Source: Piromyces finnis finn
Taxonomy: Eukaryota; Fungi; Neocallimastigomycota
Length of the DNA stretch: 64,000 nt
NCBI GenBank assembly: GCA_002104945.1
Contig: MCFH01000050.1
Coordinates: 1 to 64,000, forward strand
Reading direction: 5' to 3'
Shown: positions 17,126 to 32,964 of the stretch, in pieces
Layout of the letters: each line of letters starts with the position of its first letter
Numbering within the stretch: the stretch's first letter is position 1
Made by a program: the position numbers and the translations under genes
Notes under the pieces: model-generated
Database searches by the model: none
The model's input: the letters and a program-made list of their open reading frames with translations, nothing else
What the model was told of the DNA's origin: nothing

Positions 17126-18832
17126 TTACTTTTTTTTTCCGATAGTCTTTTAAGTTATTAATTTATAATTCATATATATATATTTTAAAAAACGAATTAA
17201 TAAAAATATGTATTACAATATATATATATATATAATATTTTACCTTTTCGAGGATTTCCAATGTCTTTTGCTTTTCAGCATTCATATCTCCAGTAGCTGA
17301 TTCATGATGTTTCTTAATACCTTGGTTTTTGATCTTTGGTTCATTCTTTAATTTTTTATCAAATCTTCCTAATGAAGCAGTAGAAGTTTTTGCGATAATT
17401 GATTTATTTAATAATTCTTGTTTTCTAGCTTCTCTTGGGTTAATGTTCTTTCTAACAGCTTCTGCTTCTTCTTGGTTTCTCTTTTGTCTCTTCTTATTGC
17501 TTTCAATACGTTCTTTCTTTTCATTAGCTCTCTTTTCATATTGATCTTCCATTGGGTCTTTTAATATCATAATGATTTATTTTTTTTCAACATATAATTT
17601 TTATATTAAATATAATTATTTAATAAAATACAAAAAATATATAATATGATTGAATCATTTTATTACTTACCAGCTCCTCTTGGAACTTCAATTAACCAAT
17701 CCTCTGGAATATCATCACTACTCTTAGTGTGGTCATAACCATAACGAGCCTTATATTCACCAGTTTTTTCATCATATTCAAATCTAGTTCTTTTCTTCTT
17801 TTGAATACCTTTAGCTTTAGCAAACTTTTCCCAACGAGTAAGAATCTTTTCTTTTGGAATCTTTATTATTAAAATAATAAAAATAATAAATATTAAAAAA
17901 ATACTTCTAGAATATTATAAATAATTTAAATATATATTATAAATATTTATGCTTTATTGTTTAATTAATATTATTATACTTACTGGTTTTTCTCTTGGTA
18001 TAATAGTGACTGGTTCTGGGAGAGTTGCAAAAACACCATCTTCACCTGATTTAGTTGGGAGATTAAATATTGCGTTCATAATTAATTGAGTATTATCTCT
18101 AGTTAATTGCTTTAATAAATTTTCCTTTCCTTTCCTTTTTTTTTTAAAAAAAATGTGTATAAATATGTACATTAATAGTAAGTATATATAATTGCATAGT
18201 AAATTTATATATCTCAATTGAATATATACTTTAAAGATTTTGGATCTATTGGATTAGTATCAAATGCAGCTAAATTACCTAAATCATATTCTAATGGAAT
18301 TGCTTTCTCAACTTCAGTTGATTTACTTATTTAATTTAATTTTAATAAATTTATATATTAAAATAAAATAAATTAGAATTTTATTTTAAAAAATTATTTA
18401 TTTATTATTATTTTTATAATTTATATAACATTTTAATTTTCCTGTTTTATTTTTTCTTTCTTTTACTGTTATTTTTTTTATTTTTTTTCCAAAAAAATTA
18501 TTGTTTTTAATATATTTAATTAATTTTTAATTTTTTAAACTTTTTTTTCTTTTCTTTTCTTTTTTCTTTTTTTTTTTCTTTCTTTTTTTTTTAAATATTA
18601 TAGAAAATACTTAAAATTGGATTACTGTATTAATTTCTAAATAAAAAAAAGTTTTATTTAATTTACAACAGTTATTTGAAATCAACTTTTCTAATTATAA
18701 ATGTTGGAAATATTTTCAATTGAAAGATACTAATACTACTATGTTTTATATAATTTTTAAAACCTATTTCCTGAATTGAATTAACAATTACAATTTAGAT
18801 TTTTCGCTTTCTAGTACAGACTGGACTTCCAT
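17126..18832 (-). CDS. RRS1: Ribosome biogenesis regulatory protein Rrs1
   Basis: Spliced: MEVQSVLESEKSKF|KSTEVEKAIPLEYDLGNLAAFDTNP..LTRDNTQLIMNAIFNLP..LPEPVTIIPREKP|IPKEKILTRWEKFAKAKGIQKKK..YDEKTGEYKARYGY..KTSTASLGRFDKKL..|TIGKKK*. Confidence 0.95.
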
Positions 18833-18943
18833 TTTTAATGTGCTATTATGATATTATAAAAAAATATAAGTAATTTTAATTTTTTTTTTTTAAAAATTTT
18901 ATTTTTTTAAAATATTTGTTAGATGATTGGATAAAATTCAAAT

Positions 18944-18945
18944 AA

Positions 18946-19040
<95 letters not shown>
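18944..19040. repeat. (TAAA)n microsatellite
   Basis: Uninterrupted TAAA array upstream of RRS1. Confidence 0.95.
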
Positions 19041-19091
19041 ACAAGTAAAAAGTATTTAAAAATTTTTATTTTTTTATGTTTAATAAATATA

Positions 19092-19099
19092 TCACGTGA
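19092..19099. promoter_or_regulatory. Candidate bHLH E-box (TCACGTGA, Cbf1/USF-type)
   Basis: Perfect palindrome 260 bp upstream of the RRS1 ATG in an almost GC-free background. Function is inferred only. Confidence 0.3.
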
Positions 19100-19178
19100 A
19101 TATATGATATAATAAAATAAAGTTAATTCAAATTTCAAATGTTTAATGATTACCTAAAGAAATGAAGTTAATGGCATA

Positions 19179-19216
19179 TAATAATAATAATAAACATAAT
19201 AATAAACATAATAAAC

Positions 19217-19284
<68 letters not shown>

Positions 19285-19285
19285 C

Positions 19286-19347
<62 letters not shown>

Positions 19348-19383
19348 CATAATAATAATAAACATAATAAACATAATAATTAT
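19179..19383. repeat. Compound (AAT)n / AAACAT microsatellite
   Basis: AAT runs interrupted by AAACAT units; source of the poly-N and poly-I ORFs in the track. Confidence 0.95.
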
Positions 19384-20922
19384 TATTATTATTTCATTAT
19401 TTGTTTAACTATTTTTATTTATTGTAACTATATATTATATATTCCATTAAAATATAAAAATTAATACACAAATAAGATAAAATAAATTTTAATGGAAGTT
19501 ATTTATGAATATATATTTTTATATATAATATATTATTTTATTATGAGAATAAAAATAAAAAATAATTAATTATTCATTTGATCATTTAAATAAAAAATAG
19601 TTTTTTTTTTAAAAAATATTTTGTATGTAGTATATTTTCTGTTTATAATAAATTTTATTAACACTTTTTAATATATTTTTATTAATAGTTCAATATATTG
19701 AGAATTAGTTTTAAAATATGATAAAATCATAAAAATCATAAAAATGAATAAAACCTTATTAATTAATAAAATTCTTATATTATTATCAAAATATCTTAAA
19801 ATGGAATGAATTTGTAATATTATTAACATAAATATTTTATAATGTAAACATGTCAAAAATTAAGAAATAATATACAAAAACTATTAAAAATATTTTTTTT
19901 TTTTCAAAAATATAAATAAAGTTTTTGTGTATAATTAATTATTTATACTTCTGAACAAAACATTTTTAATATATTTATAATATAGTTTTATAAAAAAAAT
20001 TAATAATGGATATTTTATACTATGCATTCATTTCAATTCTAATTTATAAGAAATAATGCTAATAAATATTCTTTTTAACTACAATTTAATTGATTTTGTT
20101 TTACTTTTTAATATAAATATTTTTAAATATTGCATTTTCTTTTTTTTTTTTTATAATAAAGATATAAAATAGTAATTTATTATTTCTTTAAAGTTTCATT
20201 AATGTTTCAATATATATTATTTTATAGGTAGTAAAGAGTAATAATAATAAAAATTTCCCCGTTTTTAATATAATTCTAATTATTATATACTTTAAAGTTA
20301 TATTACATTTTCATTAAAATATAAATGAAAATAAAGTTTTAATATTTTAATTAAATTAATATTAAATTAAAATCTTCAAAAATGTAAATTTAAATAAGTT
20401 ACAGTCAATATTTTCCAAAATTTTATTAAGATATACACAAATAATAGATAGTTGTCTTTTTATTTGGGTCACATTTGTGTAACCATATATAATATATTCC
20501 ATTATTTATATTGAGTATAACACCACATTGACTCTTATTACATAATGTGTATTTTAATAAAAAAAAAAACATATAAAACAATTAAATTTAATATTGATAA
20601 ATATTAATTTTTATTTTATATATATGCTTTTTTTAATTCCTCACAATTAAACAGCTCCAAAAAAAATTTTTGTTCCATAAAATTAAGATAATTATTTATA
20701 CTATATATATAACCTTTAAAGATTTTTAAATATATGTGTTAATATAATTATTTTACTAAAACATTAAAAGTGCATGTGTATAAATAAAAAAAAAATTAAT
20801 ATAATGTAATAATGATTAAATAATTAAATTATAAATATTATATGTATTTTCGAATTATTAATTATTAATAATATTAATATTAATATCAGTTTTTATATTC
20901 GTTTTATTTATTAAAATCTAAC

Positions 20923-21066
20923 TTTTTTTTTTTACAATTAATACTAATATTTATTATTTTTTTTTTACAATTAATACTAATATTTATTATTTTTTTTTAC
21001 AATTAATACTAATATTTATTATTATTTTTTTTTTACAATTAATACTAATATTTATTATTTTTTTTT
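20923..21066. repeat. Minisatellite, 4 copies of a ~33-bp unit
   Basis: Unit poly-T + ACAATTAATACTAATATTTATTAT, repeated four times head-to-tail with no spacers. Confidence 0.92.
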
Positions 21067-22208
21067 ATAAAATCTATTAAGTAAACAATATATATAAACT
21101 TCAAATTATATAATTTTTTAATTAAAATATATTTTTTATGGTAATAAAAAAATAAAGTAACTTTATAAAAATGTTTGCTAATAAATACTTAATAATCTTA
21201 ATAATAATTTATTTAATACAAAAATAAATCAAATAAATCAAATAATAATAAATAGAGAATTTTTTTATTTAAAAAAATAGTAAAAAGTATCTTTAAACTA
21301 ATTAAATAAAATAAGTAATCAATTAGTTGGGTTACTATATTTATATGGTTTTAATAATTAAAATTTAATTATATTTTTGATTTAACTTTGCCGTTTATTG
21401 GGTATTAAATTAATTGTGATTAGTGCAACATTAACATATAATATCTCGTTTTATTGTTGCACAAAATATATCAAAAACTTTTTTTTTATATTTATATTGT
21501 AAAAAATATAAAACAAGATTTTTTATTATGATTATCAATCAAAAAGATTATTATAAATGTAAGCTTTTTGAAATAATATTAAATATTTGATAATATGCGG
21601 ATATTAATTATATAAATTATATTGTATTGAAATATTAAACCATTCATTTTCATGGTATAAATTATATCGATATTTTTTTTATTTATTTTTAATATGTTTA
21701 ATAGAAAACTTTATTAAATAAAAAAAAGTTTAAATATATTAAATAAGTTAAGTATAAAGTTAATATATCAATAAATTAATTATAATATTAAAAAATTATA
21801 GAAATAAAATGAAAGAATTTTTTCATTTTCATTTTCATATTCTTTTTTTTTTTTTTTTTCATTAAAATAAAATAACATAAAAAAAAAAAAAAGAATTTTT
21901 ATGAATATATGAATATAGCTATATATGAAAATTAATTGAAAATAGAATAACAATAAAATAAATAACTGTTATTAAGAATATTGTTAATTTTTGAAATTTT
22001 GATATAGGTTTGAGAAGAATTAAATAACTTTTTTTTAATAAATATCAAAAATATATTCATAAAATAATAAACTATTTAGTAATGATAAATAAATTTAAAC
22101 TTCAATAAATATAAAATAAATAGAAGAATTTTGAAATATAATTATAAAACGAAATTATATATATTTTATAATTAAATAGAATATAGAAAATTTAAAATTT
22201 AAATAAAA

Positions 22209-25200
22209 ATGAGTAATTTTAATAATTTAAGTTTTTATCAATTATTTCAAATTGATAAGAATTTCAGTGAATCAGAATTAAAAAAGGCATATTACAGAGT
22301 ATGAATAATTTTATTTTATCATATTTATTCAACTTAAATATAAATATTATTTGGAAAATAATTATTAATTTAATAATATTTTTATAATTTTGTTGTAATT
22401 TATATTGATAGTTGTCCTTAAAATATCATCCAGATAAAAATTCAAAAATGGAGGATATGTTTAAATATATTAATAAAGCCTATGAAATATTAAATTCACC
22501 TCAAAAAAAGTAATATTAATCTAATTAAATAATATATTTTGTTAAAATAATTTAATAATTTTTTTTTTTAATAAATTTAAGGAAAGTATACGATGAATTC
22601 GGAATTTCAGCTTTTAATGGAATTGAAATTAAAAACGAATATAAAAAATTTAATAATTTAAAAAACAAAACTTCTCATAAAAAATTAAACGATTTTGAAG
22701 TTTCAGTTTTTGATGATCTCAATGAAAATTCATTATTTAGATATGATGGTATGTGTATTATTTTAAATATTTTATTATAATAATTATTATTATTGTATCA
22801 TTATTTTAAATATCTTTAAATTAATTATTTTTTTATATTAATATTTAATAATTTATATATTTTCCTAATGTAGAATCAAGTGATGATGAACTGTCAAGTG
22901 ATGTTTTGAATTATTCTTATTTAAGTAGTGGAGAAATGTTTTCAATAGAAGAAAAAAAGAATAATAAAAGCATTAAGAAAGAATACCCAAAGGAAAAGGA
23001 TTTTGTTAAAAAGAATATTTCTCAAAAAGAGAGTGTTCAAAAAGAAAATCAAAAAGGAAATATTCAAAAAGGAAATGTAAAAAATGAAATTAGTAAAAAG
23101 GAAAAAGAAATTATTCAAAAAGAAATTTTTCAAAAGGTATTTTATTTGCTATTTAGTATCTTATTTATAGTTTATTTATTAATTATATAAATTATTTATA
23201 ATAATATAATTTTATTTTATAATAAAAATTGAATAATGCATATAGAAACCAGATATTAAGATTGATGTTAGTTTAGAAGATCTATATACTGGTGTTGAAA
23301 AGCAAGTAAAAATTGAAAGAAAAGCTATATGCCCAAAATGTTTGGGGTAAATATCGCATATAATAATTTTAGTATTTAAAAAAAAATATTAATATAATAT
23401 TAATATTTAATAAAAATAAAGTCAACATCATACCTTTTTGGTTTGTGAAAATTGTTTAGGTAAATTTTAGTAATTAATGTATGATTATTAAAATATATAT
23501 TAAAATTAACATTATAAAACATTATAATAAATAGGAAATGGTTATTCATATAATGTTAATACTGAAAAAGAGGTTGTTTGTAAAGTATGTAATGGTATTG
23601 GAAAAAGAAAATCTGAGAAAAAAGAACAATGTAAGTTTCAATATATTAAATAATTAATATAATAAGTATTCATTTTTTATTAATGGATTGTATATATTAG
23701 GTTTAAGTTGCCATGGAAAGACTACAATTAATGAAACTAAAACATTGGTATGTATTATATACTTTGTGTCAAATCATTAACAAATAATTTTAATATTAAT
23801 ATTATATTTATTTATGGCTTAAAAAGATTGCACATATTTTACCTGGAATGAAACACAATGAAAAAATTATATTTAAATGTGAAGGGGATCAATCTCTAAA
23901 AGCTCCTCCAAAAGGTAAGAATTTCATTATTAATAATTAATATCTTCTATTTTCATATATAGAAAATATAATAATTATTATGTTTAAAAATTATAGATAT
24001 TATCGCAACCATTAATATATTACCACATCCAAATTTTACAATGAATGGTTATGATTTAATTACTAATGTGAATATATCTTTAAAGGAAGCCTTATGTGGT
24101 TTACGTAGAAGTATGAAAAATACAAAAGCTTTATTTTAATAATTAATTCATTATATATTCATTTTTTATCATAAATAGGAAGTAATTAATTATATATATT
24201 TATATTTGAATATTGATGTCTTTATTTTAAATTTATTTATATATAGGAATAAAGTTTTTAGATGGTTCATATTTAAATAGTATGTATTTTATATTTAAAA
24301 TATTATTCAATATTATAACATATAATGACTTTTTTTTTATTGGATAGTTATGACAAATCCAGGCGAAGTTATTACTCCATTTTCTGTTAAATACTATAAG
24401 AATAAAGGTTTTGTAAAGGTAATTATTAATTTTTTTTTAATGTTAAAAGATGATATTAATAATATTAATATATAATATTATAATAAAATATAATTAATAT
24501 TTTATTATATATCTTTATCGAATAATAGAATGTTGGTTCCAAAGAAAAAGGAAATCTAAAAATTAAATTTTTTGTTCAATTCCCTGAAAATAATTGGACA
24601 AATCTTGAAGATATAAAAGTAATAAATAAATAAAATAAAAATAAAAAAGTAAAATGTTTCATATTTTAATAAAAAATTAAATTTAAATATTAATAAAAAT
24701 TTAATAGATACTAGAAAAAATTCTAAGCAAAAAGAAGATAAATAATGAGAAATATATACCTCCTGAAGAATTAGCAAAAGAAGATATTGATATTAATTTG
24801 AATGAATATCCATCTCCAATATCTGTAAAGTCTAGTTTATCGTCTTCTGGAATGTTTCCTGAAAAATTATCTCCATCTGAAAGATTATCTCCAGAAGCAG
24901 TTAAATCTTCAACTCCATTTTTAAGTCCAAATACTGCTAGAATAACACCAAACAAGAAAAGTCCAATTGATCAATTTTATCTTTGTGATATTAATTCTAG
25001 TAATAATATTAACCCTAGAACCATATCTATTGCAGAGCCAATATTTAATATTGAGAATAACCCACCAAGAACAATATCTGTTATAGATTCTATGATTATG
25101 CCTGTTAAAGGAGAGGATATATATGATACATCTAGCTCTTTAAATGAAGACTCATATAAAAAAGAGATTGAAAAACAATCTCCGCCTATTAGAAGTGCGA

Positions 25201-25607
25201 GAAGACTTGAGGATAGTAAAAGGGGTTTTTCTGATGATGAAAACTTTAAAAATATTAAAGTAATTTCACCTAAATCCTTAAAATCTCCAAAAGAATTAGA
25301 ATTAATTGATAAAAATAAAAATGTGATAAGTAATAATAGAAATGATGTTAAACCTCCACCATTACCTCCATTTCCAAAAAACCAAAAACAAATAACTCAT
25401 TCCCGTAGTGTAAGTTTAGAACGTACAACTAAAAATACATTTAGTCCAATTCCAAAATCAAAGTTAATTCATAGTAATACCTTTAATGTAAGGAGGGAAC
25501 AAAGTCCAAAACCAATGAATTATGATATAAAATCCTTAAAATCTATCGATAGGGTAAATAACCCTTATGTTAAATATAATAGTAAGTATTTTGAAAAAAT
25601 GATTTAA
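22209..25607 (+). CDS. Type I J-domain (Hsp40/DnaJA-like) co-chaperone with a long C-terminal extension
   Basis: J domain (FYQLFQI..ELKKAYYR|VVLKYHPDKN..AYEILNSPQK|RKVYDEFG), four Zn motifs (CPKCLG, CENCLGNG, CKVCNGIG, CLSCHGK), and C-terminal domains (ILPGMKHNEKIIFKCEGDQ, HPNF..GYDL..NISLKEALCG, KGNLKIKFFVQFP). About 14 exons. Confidence 0.9.
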
Positions 25608-26344
25608 ATATATTAATATTTCATTTTATTAATGAAGATTAGTTTTGCTAATTTATATATATATATAATATAATATTTAATAGATATTTAAAAATTTAAC
25701 CAGAAAAAATTAAAAAATACTATTATAGATTTTAATTATATTTAAGAATTTATTTAAAACAACAATAATTATTATTATTTTTTACTATAAAATTCATAGT
25801 TTGAATTTGAAAGTTTTAATTTTTATTAATATATTTTAATTACTAATTAACAGTATTATAGTACATGATATATATATTTTATATTATTCAATGAATAGAC
25901 TAAAATAAGAAAAGATGTATTTATTTATTTTGTAAAATACTTCTTTATTATTATTTGTTTGAAACAAATATTTAATTTAAATTTAATTTAAGATAAACAT
26001 CCATAGAAAAAAAACAAAAGCAAAACTAAAACCAACCAAACAACAACCAAACAAAACAAAAAAACAGCAATAATAATACCAAATCTACAATTTAAATAAT
26101 ATTAATTCATTTAATCCAATAATACATAGTAATTTAAAAATTATAACTCATAAAATAATAGTAATTAATATAAAAAATAAAAAATATTAATTATTATTAT
26201 TGTTTATTAATTTTTTTTTTTTTGATAAAACAGCAATCATATTAAAAACAATGCTGTGAGATATTCCTAATAATATTTCTTTACTAATCAAAAAAGTGGT
26301 AATATTGGAAATATTTTATAATGAAGGTTTTATAAAAAATAATA

Positions 26345-26346
26345 AG

Positions 26347-26432
<86 letters not shown>
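26345..26432. repeat. (TAAA)n microsatellite
   Basis: Intergenic TAAA array. Confidence 0.95.
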
Positions 26433-26433
<1 letters not shown>

Positions 26434-27067
26434 AAACAATTTCAGTATTTTTCATTAATTGTATCATACATTACAAATAATTAATAAAATAGAAATATTA
26501 TTTAATTTTTAAAAAATTAAATTAATTTTTATTAATTAATTATTATTATATTTTTTTTTAAAGTATAAAAATGTTTAATTAATAATAATCATTTAATAAT
26601 TTTTCAAATAAATAATATTAATTAATTCTTATTGTAATAATCTAAATAATAAAAAGTATATTATTTTAATAATTTTTTTTTTTTAAAAAATAAAAAATAT
26701 ATATATATATATATTTTTTTTAAAAGGAAATTAATTATTAAAAAATTAAAAAAAATAAAAAAAGAAATCTACTATTAATATTACAATCAGGAACTTCTTT
26801 TCAACACTTAAAAAAGTTATTAAACAATAAATTTGTAAATATATATATTGATCATTTATAAAATATAATGTATATTATTGAAATAAATTTTCATAAACTT
26901 AAATCAAAGAATAAATCAAATTACATCTTATTGAAAAAAACATTACTAATTTTTAATTTTTAATTTATTTATAATAAAACACTTTTTTCCATTCAATACT
27001 TGAATAAATTAGAACAATTTCTTGATTTTTTTTTTTTTTTTAGTGAATAGTAAAATAAAATATCAAC

Positions 27068-29846
<2,779 letters not shown>

Positions 29847-30224
29847 GCAGAAAATGCTTACTATATAAGCATAAACTTTTTCTAAATCAAAAAAAAAAAA
29901 AAAAAAAATATTGTTGTAATTATCAAGAAAAATTAACATAATAAAAAAATTAAAACATAATAAAAATAATTAATAATTAAAAATAATTATTTTAACTAAT
30001 AGCATTAATAGCATTATATTATTAACCATCAATAAACATTTTTTCAAAAATAAAAATAACAAAAATAAAGTAAAAATATATAAAGGAAAAAACTAAATAA
30101 ACAATATCATTAAAAAAATAAATAAATAAAAAAAAATAAAAAATAAATAAATAAATAAAAATAAAACTACTAATATATTTAATATTTATATTATTTATTA
30201 GTTTGTTAAAATGAGAAAATAATA

Positions 30225-30467
<243 letters not shown>

Positions 30468-30682
30468 TAATATCATGAAATAGAATTAAAAGTAATAGAA
30501 TAAAAGAATAAGGATTAAGTTCAAAGTTATAAATTACGTTATAATACATATCATAATTTTAATGTAATTAAAAAAGTATGATTATTGGTAGTTCAAAAAT
30601 TTTTAAATTTTATTTTTTTTTTTTTTTATTTTTTAAATTTTGTGCTATTTTTATAAATTAATATTAATAATATTAAAACAAT

Positions 30683-31465
30683 ATGGCTAAATCAAGGTTT
30701 GAATATGTTAAAGGATTTGAAAACCATCCAATACTTCTCCCAAATACTTATATAGCTGTTCGTATTGATGGTAGAGGTTTTCACCAATTTTCAAAAGAAC
30801 ATAATTTTACAAAACCAAATGATGTTAGAGCTCTTAATTTAATGAATCAATGTGCTAAATCTGTTATGGAAGAATATACTGATATCGTAATTGGTTATGG
30901 GGAAAGTGATGAATTTAGTTTTATAATTTCAAAAAATTCTCAATTATATAAAAGAAGAGAATCCAAAATAATAAGTTGTATAGTTTCAAGATTTTCTTCT
31001 TCTTATGTATTTTATTGGAAAGATTTTATGGGTGATGTTTCTTTAAAATATCCTCCAGTTTTTGATGGTAGAGCTGTTTGTTATCCATCATTAGAAAATA
31101 TTAGAGATTATTTATCTTGGCGTCAAGCTGATACCCATATTAATAATTTATATAATACCTGTTTTTGGTTAATGGTTCAAGATCCTAGTCAAAAGTATAA
31201 ATCTGAAAAAGAAGTCGAAAATATTTTAAAGGATACCAATTCATCTCAAAAGAATGAACTTTTATTTTCTCAATATAATGTCAATTATGCTAAACTTCCA
31301 GAACAATTCCGTAAAGGTTCAGTTTTATATTCTGATAAAAGAAATGTTACAGAAATTGGTAAGAATGGTAAAGAAGTTGTTCGTTCAAGAAGAGTTATTG
31401 TTATTGATCATTGTGATATTATTGGTAAAGAATTTTGGGAAAAACACCCACATATTTTGAAATAA
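30683..31465 (+). CDS. THG1: tRNA(His) guanylyltransferase (intronless)
   Basis: MAKSRFEYVKGFE, RIDGRGFH, YGESDEFSF, RRESKI, FDGRAVCYP, YLSWRQADTHINNLYNT, KNELLF..NY..LP..FRKGS, DIIG..FW. Confidence 0.97.
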   Translation: MAKSRFEYVKGFENHPILLPNTYIAVRIDGRGFHQFSKEHNFTKPNDVRALNLMNQCAKSVMEEYTDIVIGYGESDEFSFIISKNSQLYKRRESKIISCIVSRFSSSYVFYWKDFMGDVSLKYPPVFDGRAVCYPSLENIRDYLSWRQADTHINNLYNTCFWLMVQDPSQKYKSEKEVENILKDTNSSQKNELLFSQYNVNYAKLPEQFRKGSVLYSDKRNVTEIGKNGKEVVRSRRVIVIDHCDIIGKEFWEKHPHILK

Positions 31466-32451
31466 GAGAATGATACTATGTTTTTTTGAATTAAAATTTT
31501 ACACATATTTTTAAAATTTATTGTAGATTCTTATTTTTTATATTTTGTTTTTAAAAAAAGACGCTATATTATAGATTGATTTTATTCGAAAAAAAATGGA
31601 AATATTCTTTTTGTTTAAATTTTAAATGCCCAATATTGTATAAAAAAATAAATAAAAAAGATAATTCAAAGAATTATTGTAATAATAAATAAATTTCAAT
31701 ATATAAATTGTATTTTTAAATTCTAAAATTTAAATGTAATAATGAAGCAATAAGATATAATAAAGAATTATTACTGTTTTAAATATCAAAATATAGAATA
31801 ATAATACAATATTTATCCAGGTCTGAGGCTTTGTCTAAATTTTCTAAAAATCTTGGATAAATAACAACCTTTTTTTTAATTTTCTAAAAAAAAAAAACAT
31901 TTAATTGTTAAAATACACATTTTTAAAATTAAACCTTTTATAGAATTAAATTGAATTTAAAAATAAGTTTGATCAAATAATTTATATATTATTTTTGACA
32001 TAAATTCTATTTATTATTTTTGATTTTGATCATATATTTTATATATTTTATATGTTACATTTAATTTAACTAATATATTATGTATATATATAAATTAAAT
32101 TTGTTAAATAGAGTATTGAAAGATGAATAATAAATACTTTTCTTTTTTCTTAATATCATTAAATATTAGAAAAAAAAATAGTAATTTTTAATATAAAATT
32201 CTATTTAGTAGCAAAAAAAAGGTATATTATAAGAGCTTTTAAAGATAAATAAATTTATGTTTATTATTAAATTGTCAAAAGTTTTTATTGTATAAACTCT
32301 TAAATTCTATTATAAAAATGCAGAAAGAAGTTGAATTAATCAATAATTCACAATAATTTTAATAACCTAAAATTAATGTATTATTTTTATTAATCATATA
32401 TATATTTTCTTTATCTCTTTTATAAATGGTAATGAAAAGAAAGAAAAAAAA

Positions 32452-32924
32452 ATGTCTGATATTATTGCAAGAGTTTTAACTAGTATTCAAACTAAAGAGT
32501 TTTATGTTGCTCTCCTTTGGATTGTTTTACATGTAGCTCATTACAATTTTACTGCTCAACTTGAACATAAAACAAGAATTTTTACTAAGGTATAAAATAA
32601 GTTATATCATTTATTAATTATTTTAATAAACTTTTATGTTTTAGAAATGTAATTTATAATTATTTAATCATATTTTTAAATATATTTCCATATTTTATTA
32701 TTTTAAAATTTATTCTATTTTTTTATTATTGAAAGATTATCGGTAAGAACGCTGTCTATTACTATGCAGTTTTACTTATTGTTTGGGCTTGTGTCAGAGA
32801 TTGTAAATTTTAATTTTAAAATAATATAATATATAAGTAAATTCATTTATATATATAAATTTTAAAAATAAGAATATAAGATTATTGATTATAATATTAT
32901 TAAACAAAATCAATCAATACCAAA

Positions 32925-32964
<40 letters not shown>

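Noticed and set aside
20923-21066. Possible CRISPR-like array
   Set aside because: The units are contiguous with no unique spacers, and the context is eukaryotic; it is a simple minisatellite.
21423-21462. 8-bp inverted repeat GTGCAACA..TGTTGCAC as an ncRNA stem
   Set aside because: It is too short, has no C/D or H/ACA boxes, and could arise by chance.
30683-31465. Bacterial HGT origin of intronless THG1
   Set aside because: The N-terminus (MAKSRFEYVK) and C-terminal DIIG..FW motif are eukaryotic Thg1 features.
31811-31862. 11-bp imperfect stem (ATTTATCCAGG..CTTGGATAAAT) containing CTGA
   Set aside because: It is too small for a snoRNA or tRNA, has no C box and has no other support.
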